From the NCBI GenBank assembly GCA_964035545.1, contig OZ037765.1:20088995-20152994 (forward strand): a DNA stretch of 64,000 nt, in the 5' to 3' direction. The notes under the pieces are model-generated. The model was not told the DNA's origin and made no database searches. It saw only the letters and a list, made by a program, of their open reading frames with translations. A program made the translations under genes and the position numbers. Source of the stretch: Bugula neritina. Lineage: Eukaryota > Animalia > Bryozoa. Below, in pieces: positions 52,560 to 64,000 of the stretch. Position 1 is the stretch's first letter, and every line of letters starts with the position of its first letter.

Positions 52560-53760
52560 TTCATATGATAACTCAATCATAATGATTATGATGTCCAGAA
52601 CGTTATTCAGTAATAATAGATTACTATAGTTAAACTACTAGTTATTCTTAAAACTCACTATTACTCGGTTTTATTGGTATCTTTAATATTGACCTCATGA
52701 GAGTCCAACTGTAAGTGCAAGTCACTTACAGTTACAGTTACAGTTACTAAATCGTAAATGCTGATGTAAATGTAATCAGTAATACTAAATCAGTAAATGT
52801 AATGCTTATACTTATAGTATTAGTTATACTAATGCTTATAGTTACACTATTAGTATTATTAATAACTAATAAGTAATAATGCTAAGTCTAATAGTAAGAG
52901 TAACACTCATGACAGTGAGTGTGACACTAGCAGTATCAGGAACACTAACTTGAACTGTGTCTCTTGAGATGCTCCTGCTATCAGAGTATCAGTATTACTA
53001 TGACTATGACATCCACATTGACATGAGTATGACCATCAGTCTCAGACCAAGACAATCACACTTTGACAATCACAATGACTTACAGACTGACTTACACTTA
53101 CAGCTACTCACTTACTGTTAGTTAGACTTAGAGTTATTGTTAATTTTAAACTTAAACTTAACGTTAATGTTTAATTTTATCTTTAATCTTTATCATTCTG
53201 TTAATGTTATGAGTTTAACTTGAAGTTGATCATCGATTTTTATGTTAATTATTACTATTAGTATAAGTATAAATTTTAGCATTACTATTACTTTTAGCTT
53301 TAACTCAATCAGTTTTACTTTTAGGTTTACTCAGCGTTACACTTAAAGGTACTGGTTTTTAGTTTTAGTTATTTTTATTTTAATTAGTTACTATAAGTGT
53401 TACTAACTGGACTTAATCTAACACTATGTTTTAGTTAGTAAAACTAAATAACTGGTTCAGGGCGTTATACCTATAGTTAAACTTAATGCTATACTTATAC
53501 TGTAAATCAGTAATTTGCTAATGCATTTACTATTAGTATTAGTATATGTATTACAATTACTATAGTATTAGTATTAGTTGATGTATTCAGAATTTCTAGG
53601 GTATACAAATTTATTAGTGTTAGTAGTAGTAATTAGATATTCATTATTCAGTGTTGATTGAATTTGAAATCAAAAGTCAATGAATAACTGTTATAATATA
53701 TATTATTTAATAACTAATCTTATCAGTGATAAATGGTATTTTCCATTCAAGTGATCAGCT
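52560..53760. repeat. Longest degenerate ~6-bp periodic tract (UBE2I 5'-UTR intron)
   Basis: e.g. aca gtt aca gtt aca gtt act; gct tat act tat agt att agt tat act aat gct tat agt tac act att agt att. Confidence 0.75.
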
Positions 53761-55601
53761 ATAAAGTAAGTCTAGGTCTCTCTGAAAGGCTTGTCTTTGT
53801 ATTTCATTGTCAACTTCAGCATATATGATTGCGTCATCTGCATATACACTGATGTGATTTTGTATGAACATATCTGTTAAGCTCATTGGCAATTGTCTTA
53901 CTGTCAATAATTAGGCACTCCACACAAACTCTAGTGGGTGCTGTTGCTTTTGTTTTTACCTCAAGTGTTGGTAAAAAATATATAGCCTAGTTCCCTTTTT
54001 CCAAAAGCTTACAAACTTTGTGTCGCATATATTAATATAATTATAAATATATTTCATTATATTTTTATTTATAGTTTTATTTATTGTAATTTCTAGTATA
54101 ACTCTTAGCTACATATTGTCAAACTGGTCACCAAATAATGAAGTAATTTGATTTATCCACCATTAAGTAAACATTTTGTAACATTTATTATCATAGACCT
54201 TCTACCTTGTTTGTTTGCCTTTGGGTTAGTGTTATGTAATGAAGGTGTGCTATGCAAACAATGTCCTTGTAAACAAATTATTAGTTTAGTATAAATGTTT
54301 ATGAGCAGAGAAACAAGTTTGTTTTAAACTAGCCAGGTGTTAAACTTTAGAGCTAAACACAGCTGAGCTGCAGCTACACTTATAGTTATAGTATTGCTAT
54401 TACTATTATTATTACTGCTAGTGTAAGTAATAGTTTTACTGTTGTAATGATATAAACAAATATTTGTTATATCAAAAAGGTTTTTATTTTGCTTTTGTGT
54501 TTCCAGCTCAAGTTAAAATTATTAAATTTAGTATTATTATAATAATAAAGATTGTTTATTCAACTTATTTATGAAGAATATAACATGTTTTTGATTTTAG
54601 ATTATTATTATTTAATATTTGTCAAAATAAAAATTTAAGCTCAGTTTTAGTTAACAGGCTTGTTCATTGTGATTGTAATTCAATGATCATGATCACAATT
54701 TATAATATAAAATAAAGAAATTATCAAAGTCCCATTCTAGTGAGAACTTTTGATGGTTTGAGTTTTTTAATGAGCTGAAGACAGTGTACTTCATCAAGCT
54801 GACAACATCGTTTAAAGACTTTGTACTGTGATACCAAAGCAATTATAAACGGATGCTTTTCCAAGCCCATAGCGTAGCATAATTATGTGTGTTGTAGTGC
54901 CTTAATGGATATTGGCTGCTCCCGTCTATAGTAAAAACATGAATTTTTAAAACTAGTAATGCTAATAGCACATGTGTTGTTATGATTATGCATACGCTTG
55001 TAGTTTTATATTATTTTTCATTTGATGAGAATTACTTTAGGTTTATTAATAAGAAAATTTAGAAATGAAGCAAAGCTAAAATATTTATATAATAGTTTTA
55101 AAAACAGTATTAAGATATTATAGTCCTCTGTACCTTGGTGTTTTCACCATATGTATATCCCTGTTGTCAATGCTCCATCATTTTATTTTAGTTGCAGTGA
55201 AGGTGATTGATAAATCATAGTTGGAGTTTTGCTATCTGATCTCATCTTAATCTTATTTTCCTGAAGCTGTTACACTCAATTAACTAATTTATAGCATAAA
55301 GCAACACCTATTTCAATTAGAGAGATACAGCTCATCAATCTGCTGTTTCATAATAAAAGTAAAAAATGTAAGTCAAGTATCTTTTATGGATTTCAATTCA
55401 ATTTTTATCAAGTAATATCTTTAAAAAAATAAAATGAAATCTTATTGCCTTTTTTTCTATGAAAGTTTTACTAAAAGCCTGCTGTATTCTTTTAAACGTA
55501 GCTTAAAAATATATAGCTGGAATCATGTTTCTTTAATGCAGATAGACTACTGGTCTGGTGAAAAAGAAACCCTTACTTTTACTCTAACAATATCCATAAA
55601 T

Positions 55602-57570
55602 ATGTCTGGTATTGCTCTTGGTCGTTTGGCAGAAGAAAGAAAACAGTGGAGAAAAGATCATCCTTTTGTAAGCTTATTACACATAACAGTATTGAAGATG
55701 AATACAGGTTCACAAAGCTTTGCTCGTTTGCTGCTTAAATGTGTCTTCACTCTCTTTAAATGTTGGCGTATTTTTTCCAGGGATTCGTTGCCAGACCGAC
55801 AAAAAATCCAGATGGCAGTTTAAATTTAATGAACTGGGAGTGTGCTATTCCTGGCAAGCAGGGAGTGAGTAAATGAATAACTTGTTTCAGTAATAATGGA
55901 GTAGTTTCAAGTAAACTTAAAATTTCGATTTGGTTTTAGAATGTCTTTTTTTATGCTTAAATACTACAAGTGCCTATTTTGTTTCTTGATTTAACACAAC
56001 TAAATTTTCAAATTAAGTGTAATGACTGAAAAATCAGGACCTGATAATTACTAGATAATTATACAAACAATATTTAACAGCATTTCTCTCCATAAAAAGT
56101 ACCTCTCACTGTCAATAGTTATAACTTGTTGTTTTTAAGATTTTTTATTTATTGAGAGATTGCCCAAATTATGTAAACAAAATATCACCATTACTGTTAC
56201 AACTTTTTTTCTTTGGGACATTTCATTATTTTAGAAATTGATGCAATTGTAGACTTGAAAATTTTCCATTCAAATATGCATAAGTCTGGCATATGTTATA
56301 TACATTCAAAATTCCTAGAAATTTTGTACATTGCAATCTCACTACATTCATTTTATTAATGCTTATAACAATGGTAATTCAAGTTGTGATATTAGGTGGG
56401 TTGTTTGTTGAATGCTGTTATCTCAACGGCTGCCAGAATGTGTCTCTACACACTTGCAATTGCATGTCACATGCTGGAATAAAATGCTGTTTTCTTTTTT
56501 TAGACAATTTGGGAAGGAGGGCTTTATAAACTAAGAATGTTATTCAAAGATGACTACCCATCTTCTCCGCCAAAATGTTAGTTTCTGTTAATTCACAGTA
56601 GCTGAATGGGTGTAATTTGAGCGTTATCATATGCCATTATATCAATGATCTTTAGATGGTGTCTAATAGTTTCATGACATAGTTTTATATGATATTGTTG
56701 GCTAATAAAAAAATATTACAGTGATATGTCTACAGAATTAAATGTTTTTCATTTAAACTAAAGTCTTCAACTGGTTAAAATAAAAAAAGATTTTCAAAAA
56801 TCAGCAATTCATGGTAATTGTCTTACCTTGTTTGTTTAGGTAAATTTGAGCCTCCACTTTTCCATCCAAATGTTTACCCATCTGGAACAGTATGTTTATC
56901 TCTACTCGATGAGGAAAAAGATTGGAGACCAGCAATCACTATAAAACAAGTAACGAAAATTCCTAGTACTAAATTCTACGCCATTATTATTATCGTGGCA
57001 CCGTTTAGCACGTTTATTGACTTTTTAGCTAGTCTCAAGTTTCCTGATGCAAGCTGTTACTATTGGTTTTTTATATTGTAAAAGTGTACTGTTAATTTTC
57101 TCACTTGCAGATTCTGCTTGGAATACAAGATCTATTAAATAATCCAAACGCTAAAGACCCTGCTCAAGCTGAGGCTTATACTATATTTGTGTAAGTTATT
57201 GTCTAAACAATAATTTTCAACACAGCTAAGATTAAAATATTTTATTGTTTGACTATTCATAATGTATTGTTTGTTGCAAAGTAGGGCATGCATGTTGTTA
57301 ACAGCTTTTGCTATTTGATATTTGTACATGGTACATTTGGTTCATTTGGCCCTGGATATGTAGTGTTTTGTTCATGGTTACCTGTTCTATGTGTAAGAGT
57401 TGGCCCATTTAAAAACATTTACATTCAGTTGAATATTTTCAGCTGTGCTTCATAAGGCAATTCAGCCATTGCTCTTCACATTGGTTATTTTTTATTTTAG
57501 GCAAAATAAGAAGGAGTATGAGCGACGTGTGGCCGATCAAGCAAAACAGTTTAGAGACCCAAACCTTTAA
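55602..57570 (+). CDS. UBE2I: SUMO-conjugating enzyme UBC9
   Basis: Six coding exons: [22 protein letters not shown]|[28 protein letters not shown]|[24 protein letters not shown]|[37 protein letters not shown]|[23 protein letters not shown]...|...[10 protein letters not shown]. Confidence 0.98.
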
Positions 57571-60500
57571 ATGACAAACATTACTGTTAATTTTTACATT
57601 GGGCTTCTCATTGCATTGCTTGCGTTTCAAGATGTTATAACTAGTAGCCCTTCTGGTGGTTGTTTTAGGTACTAGTACCATCTCTGTACATGCTGTTAAA
57701 TAAGTTGTATTCCGTTAATCAGGGAGGCTTTCTTACTCTACTATCTCTTTCCTCTCATCTATCACATGCATCATCTAGATATATGGAAGCTAGTTATATC
57801 ACATGTCTAGTTATTTGTTGAATAAATACTGTCATTTTTTTATTTACGATATTTGAGGCTTGAGCGCTAACCACCTTTTCACAAGAGGTATACAAAATGT
57901 TTGGCCAATGTTGAATAAAAATCATATTTTAGCGTCATAACTAAATAAAGCATGCTGTATTACTTGTTGACTAGTAATTTACTATCTCAAGACTCCTAGA
58001 TTGTGATTTTCACAGTCATGCTCAATTGAAATGTACAAAATATGATATAGGCCTACAATGGTTTTTGCATAACATTTAACAAAAAAACTGTTTGTTTTGT
58101 TATCCTATAATACTAGTAATAAGTACACATAGAAGTGCAAAATGAATCATGCCTGTTAGCTGACAATTACAGTTGGTCATATCATTGACTCAGATATTAC
58201 AATATAATGTATTTGTGTACGAAAACCTTTTCAATGGTTGCTTTGTCAACATTTACAATATTTTATAGTAACATAGGGGATAGTTCGACCTATACAACAC
58301 TGTATTATTTGATATTTCAAATTGGTAAATTCACTTGTGTAGAAGAATTATTTATTATAAAAAAGGCAGCACTGTGCAATAGTCAACTATTATGAATCAG
58401 GTATTGTTTGATTTCACTGCTCTTGCTTCTTACTTGAAGATTTTTAGATCCTTTAGAATTTAGCCTAACATCATCCAGCCCAACCTCAGTGTTTTTACTT
58501 TGCAATCCCATCTTTAAGACTAGCTTCTATATTAAGTTATGAATTACAACTATCATGCCACCAACAAATAATAGAGCCTTTGCATCATCTGTCCACATGC
58601 AGGCATACTAGAAACATGAATTGAAATAAAAAATGTCCTTTATATATCTAACTAGTACTTTGACTTCCTTATAAGGAGTCATTAGGGCTGACTAATGCTA
58701 ACTTATAATATTATAATTAATTTCTTACCAAAACTGCAAACATGATCTACACTTTCAAGATTCATTTACAAAAGTAGATCTACTTGGTTTTCGAATCAGT
58801 CGCAACCAGCCTACTGCAAATAAGCCACTAGAAAGTATGGAGGAGAATTAGTTGGAGGGGTATTTGTCTGGTGGTGCTCCGCAGTCTAGGATCCTGGGCT
58901 AGCACTCACTAACACACCCTAACACATTCTATTCATACAGATGAGTTTTATCTCTATTCTCCCTCCTAAATTCCTAAAATGCACACTCTCCTCTATATTA
59001 CTACACTCATACAGGCCACACTCATACCTATATCTATTTTAATGTAAATGCAACACCTGCAATGAGTTATGCACTCCCTACACATGTAATAGCAAGAGAA
59101 GACAACTATAGCTAAGTCAAAGTTCCTGATACAGCATTTTTACTTATAATAAATGTTGCAGAATATTTATTGAGTCTACATATATAATAAATATTATGTG
59201 GACAATGATGAGCTACGACAGATGCATTGATTTTTTAGTCTGCAATTTTAATTCAAGTCTCTTTAATTGCCCATTGTTTAATAAAGACGCCTTTACTCTA
59301 TACATCTTTCAAAATAACATTTTTGAGGTGTTGACCATTTAAACAATTACCAGACTAGTATTTCATAGTATTTGGTATTTTAATATTGATGTAGTATAAC
59401 AATTAGAACAACAACTGGCTAAATAGCAACTGTTTGAGTCATAGTAATAAGTCTCCACTTTAAATTTCAACAATACTTTACTAACTTTATGTCAATGGGA
59501 ATAGTAAATAGCTGCAGCTGCTGTTTATGAACAATTAAATAATCATTATAATATTGTTATTCAATTGTTACAGTATATTGCGTGATGTCCATCTTTGCGT
59601 TGGGCATAACGAACAGCTGTTTGAAAGAAGATGGTTGTTGCTAGTGACAAGCTTTGAATCTTTTAGGTGAGTTTCTTCAACCTTATAGCTTAATGGCGAT
59701 TTATCAAATTTTGTTGCGATAACATGTCATACACATTAAATTTGTTCCAATTATTTAGATATCGTAGTTTAATTCTAAAAGTAAATATAAATAAGAATAT
59801 TTGGGAAGGATACTTTTAGAACTATAACTTACTAGTTACTTGATATATAAACTGAACATGCAGTAGTTTTGTTCTACAAAATATGAGTAGCCTATATAGG
59901 CCTGTATTACAATGTCTTATTTATTTGTATTTTGCTGAGCAGTGTAATGTTTCATTTATGTATTCCCATACGTATGACTATTCACATATTTTCATCTATT
60001 TTGTGTTCTAATCATTCAAATTAACTTTCTAGAGTCTAATTGCTATGATTAGGCATTTCTATCTGCTACAGTTGACTCAAGACAATAATCACTAAGTCAA
60101 TTAACAAGCTGCCTGCATATATTATGTGCCATTAAACCACCCTCCTCAAAAAAGTTACTTTCACCTCGTGTTGATATACTCATAAAGTCATATATTTAGT
60201 TGTGGTGATGAAAATAACAACCATGTTAATACTAGCTGCTCCTAAAAATTTCTAGATATAGTAATCTTATATGTAGACATTTGAAATAGTTTTATTTTTT
60301 TAATAATTTCATTTAAAGTTCAAGCTAGAAATGTATTACTGCTAGTATAAGAGTATATCTATATACCGACAAGAAAAGTTTATTATACAAAAAAACAAGC
60401 TCTTGTAAAATTATCTAGAGTTATATGTAGGCTATTCAGTTAAAATATATGTAAATTTTATTCAAAAATAATTACTGTTATGAAATCGTTTTTCAATTAA

Positions 60501-60919
60501 ACGAAGTAGTAGTTTAAAATCTTGATATGAATTATAAATTAATTATTACTTAGAATCGTTATTCAACAACAAATTATGAGAGTACTGATATCTTTGTCAA
60601 AGAAATATATGCATATTATTAGTTAAAACCTTTAAAAGCATTTATAAAAGAAATAATTAACTTGTCATTTTTCATTTCTGAAAAATAAGGTGATGTTCAT
60701 AATAAAGCAACACTGGCCCTCGACAATTTTTGTAGTGCATCCTGGGTGAAAGCATTGACAAATTGAATTTTGTGAAACACTGCATCTTTTTGATGTCACT
60801 TAGCTTTCGCAACAAATGTTAAATTTACTTTATTCAACATACATATGAATTGCTGCATCATCAGCTGCGGCTCTAGAGACAAGCAAATATGGACAGGCAT
60901 CATTTTATCTGTAGAGGCC

Positions 60920-63712
60920 ATGAAGAAAAAAAGATCAATCAGAGCTAATAGTCCAATAGCAAAATCAGCTCTTGGAACAAAATGTATCCCAAGTGGAAGG
61001 TTTGTGTGGTGCAATACAGTGGCCATGGCTGCTTTTTTAGCTTGGATCTACTTTAACCCAGGTAGGAAGGCTTATGCTTTTGTAGAAGACACAAGCTATA
61101 CAACTGCACGCATCTTTGACTTACTAGTATAGGTTATATTATAGTATGGCTATTCAAATGATGAGATGAGTGGAAGCATAACAACAGTTTTGTTAAAGTA
61201 GCAATGTTTTAATTTTTTCAATTGTAGCCATATTTTATTTGTCTGTTACAGCCGATGTTGATCCAACTTCAATAGCTGAGTTAGCAAATGTCTCAATCAT
61301 TAGAAATCAAAGTGATAGTGCTGTTACCAATAACAGTTATTATACGCCTTACGATATGCAGATCAGAGATGAACTTAATGATGCTTTCCTTAAACTGAAT
61401 AAAGTACGTATATCAAGTACAGGCTATACCCATTTATATATTATTATGCATTCATAAATTAAAAAATGTTGCTTGGGTCACTTTACAACTTTTGAGTTGG
61501 CGTGTGAAGAAGTAGATCAGCAAATTTGTGCACCTGCTATCATAATGCTTTGTATCAATTAAAATATAGTTAAATTTTATTGGAGTTTTCTCCCCTAAAG
61601 CTTTAAAGTAATTGCCAAGAGCAGAGCTAATCAACAAATTGATTTAATGTACAGCAATGGAGAAGCATGGGCTCTAAATTCTAAAGGATATTAAAGCAAA
61701 AGAATCATGTTTCTGAGATTTCAACCCACACCATTTATATAAACAAGTAAAAATCTTAGACTATTGAAATTTCCCTGTTACTGTACCGGAACAAAACATA
61801 CGCATTGTCATGTACTTTTGAAAACTGTATTAATGCAACAATGCTACATGATGAAAGTTTTTTCATCAAGACGAATTTGTATTATTTTGTCTGTAACTAA
61901 CTCAGCATATTTGTAATTTACTTTACTATATATTTTGTTAAATTAATAATATTTATTAAGGCTATTAACCATTAGCAAATTTATTTTTCAAAAATTGAAA
62001 TCCAACAACAGTTAAACTATATCTAGGAAAGATTTGTTTTCAAAATTAACCCTTAACCACTAAAATCTGAATGAATGTATTTTTTAGAGTAATGACATAA
62101 CATCTTCTGTCAAAACGTTTTCTAATCTAAGGAAGACAAATCCCCTGAGTGTGCAGGCTCATTATGGTCTCGCTCTATCCATTAACCGACTGGCTCATCT
62201 CAAGTTATCAAATGCATTGCTTCAACAAAGTATTAAGGCTTTGGCCGAAGCCTTGCTCTGCCCTAATATTCCAGACTCTGTATATGTAGAGATTGCAACT
62301 TTCAGAGCAGAGAGACTTCAGTTTCTGGGTTTGCATCAGCTTCACTACTTAAAACTTAAATGGTGCAGAAAGTAAACCATGAATGGCAATGTATAAATCT
62401 GCTGTTTCCCCAAGACTGATTCCATATTATTGCAAAAATTTTATTTCTTGACTACCAGCTCTAAGTAAAAACTTTTTTTATTTATAGTTAGCATTTTTAA
62501 GAGTGCATTTGTTTAAATTGGGTGAATATTAACAGCAAATCTTATTGCAGTTTTGATTAGTATTTAGTTAAACTTATTTACATTTGTCAATATTTTGCAT
62601 GCAAATCATGATTCATCCAGGTGGTTCATTTTTAGAACTTATGTTAAAAACCTTCCATCCTCTTTGCAGGGAGATTCTCAGATGTCTTAGCACAGTGGCA
62701 GTCACTTTCCAACAAGTTCTCTGCCAATATTAACATACTGAATGGCTTGGGGACAGCCTATTGTCTCAATGAAGCATCGCATAGAGCCAAAATAAAAGCT
62801 AAAGAAACATTTAATAAGGTGCTTATTATTTAATGTAGCTCTAACTGTATCATGTGTATATCCAGGGTGTTTTAGCTCAAACTATATTTTAATGTGTATA
62901 TTCGGATCTATATATGCATATTCAATGTGTATTATCACTATTATGTGTATCATGTGTATATCTACTGTAGAGTGCATATTCAGATTCATAGACATGCAAA
63001 TTTTAGCTTCTTGTGTGGAACTTCATGAGCTCTAATTAAATAGTCAACTATAGTGATTTTCAAGTGGTCTAGTAACTAACATTGATATGTTGGTAGCTAG
63101 CCTGTGCCTTACTTCATTTCATTCCATTGACTGGGTTGATTTTAAGAATTCTTTATTTGTCAACATCAAAAGTTGTTGTTGCTGTTTTTCACGGTGTCCA
63201 GTAAAAATGGCACAGGCTGAAATGGCACCGTAAAAATGATTTAAGGGTTGGGGGTTTGGGTTTGGGAAAATTTAACTACAGTGGGCCCTTTTTATCTACT
63301 TTTCCAATTGTGCCATTATTACTTGTGCCATTACTACCTGTGCCACTTTTATCGCTGCCATTTTTACCTAAAATCGTTTTCACATGTCTGAAACTTTCCT
63401 CACTTCTATAAAAACTTGACTACTTAGAAAGTATAAGTTTGTGTAACAATTGAACCATTTAGTTGACATACTCAGTTCATATGTTTTGTAATTCTACAAA
63501 CATATGAACTGTAGGTGTTATCACTTGACCCAAGCAATGAATATGCTCTAGCCCATCTTGGCTTTGTAATGGCTGTATACGAAAGAGACCCTCATGCTGC
63601 AGCACCTCTCTTTGCTAAAGCTCTTTCTGGGTCTAATGAAGAAGTTCTACAATCTGCCAAATTCTATATTCATGCTGGGGACTCATTTTATAGGACTGGC
63701 CAAACTGAAATG
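60920..63712 (+). CDS. ASPH: Aspartyl/asparaginyl beta-hydroxylase-like type II membrane protein, 5' part (TM + TPR region); continues beyond the window
   Basis: Basic N-tail plus TM (MKKKRS...VAMAAFLAWIYF). Then QAHYGLALSINRLAHLKLSNALLQQSI...RAERLQFLG...LNGLGTAY...KVLSLDPSNEYALAHLGFV...KFYIHAGDS, co-linear with the ASPH TPR region as I recall it. The catalytic domain is not in the window. Confidence 0.8.
63192..63376. mobile_element. MITE with 6-bp TSD and internally repeated TIR units
   Basis: Ends CGGTGTCCAGTAAAAATGGCA / TGCCATTTTTACCTAAAATCG. TSD TTTTCA at 63186-63191 and 63377-63382. Reiterated ~16-bp AAATGGCAC/GTGCCATT units around a central GGGTTTGGG block. Confidence 0.8.
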
Positions 63713-64000
63713 GTACTGCTGTTCTGTTATATTATGATGAGAAATCTTCTGTGTTAATATAATAGTTTAATAAAGTACTATGTAATAACTCGTCTATATA
63801 GGTTATTATCCATGTCAATCTGCTATAATACAGTTTATCCAATTATCATAGCAAGTGATGTTTATGTTTATTGCAAATAATGTTATTCTAAATAACTTAT
63901 GCAATCACTCCTACAACAGAAAAAAATTGCTAATAACTATTCACACTAAACAAAATCGACTTTTATTTGCTTGAAACTTATTTTTATTTGATTATCTATA

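Noticed and set aside
58729-58813. In-frame TGA followed by KCRSC as a possible selenoprotein
   Set aside because: No recognisable selenoprotein family context and no SECIS that I could identify.
61660-61780. Possible further SINE head
   Set aside because: Only a weak B-box-like match; not alignable to the other copies by eye.
62845-62990. Degenerate ATGTGTATAT-type repeat in an ASPH intron
   Set aside because: Ordinary decayed minisatellite with different k-mers from the promoter tracts.

Overview
AT-rich, intron-rich eukaryotic DNA, probably from an invertebrate metazoan. Eight spliced protein-coding genes alternate in strand almost throughout: (-) an unidentified gene (only its 3' exons are resolved), (+) CDC20, (-) TRAPPC5, (+) DNAI2, (-) an adhesion GPCR with TSP1, WSC-like, GAIN/GPS and 7TM regions, (+) a 7-finger C2H2 ZNF, (-) SRPRA, (+) UBE2I/UBC9. 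A ninth gene, (+) ASPH-like, runs off the window end. Repeats are three copies of one tRNA-derived SINE, four MITEs (hAT-type, PIF/Harbinger-type nested in a SINE, one with a 6-bp TSD, one unclassified), a LINE endonuclease relic and long (TA)n arrays. The most unusual signal is a recurring 0.2-1.2 kb non-coding sequence type. It is strand-symmetric, palindrome-rich and roughly 6-bp periodic (AGT/ACT/TAA/TAG), and it sits just downstream of the inferred divergent promoters, mainly of broadly expressed genes. Also notable are a U12-type intron in TRAPPC5, a candidate 30-nt cassette exon adding a TP site to CDC20, and a probable CDC20/TRAPPC5 3' antisense overlap. All gene models were assembled by eye, and no searches were run.
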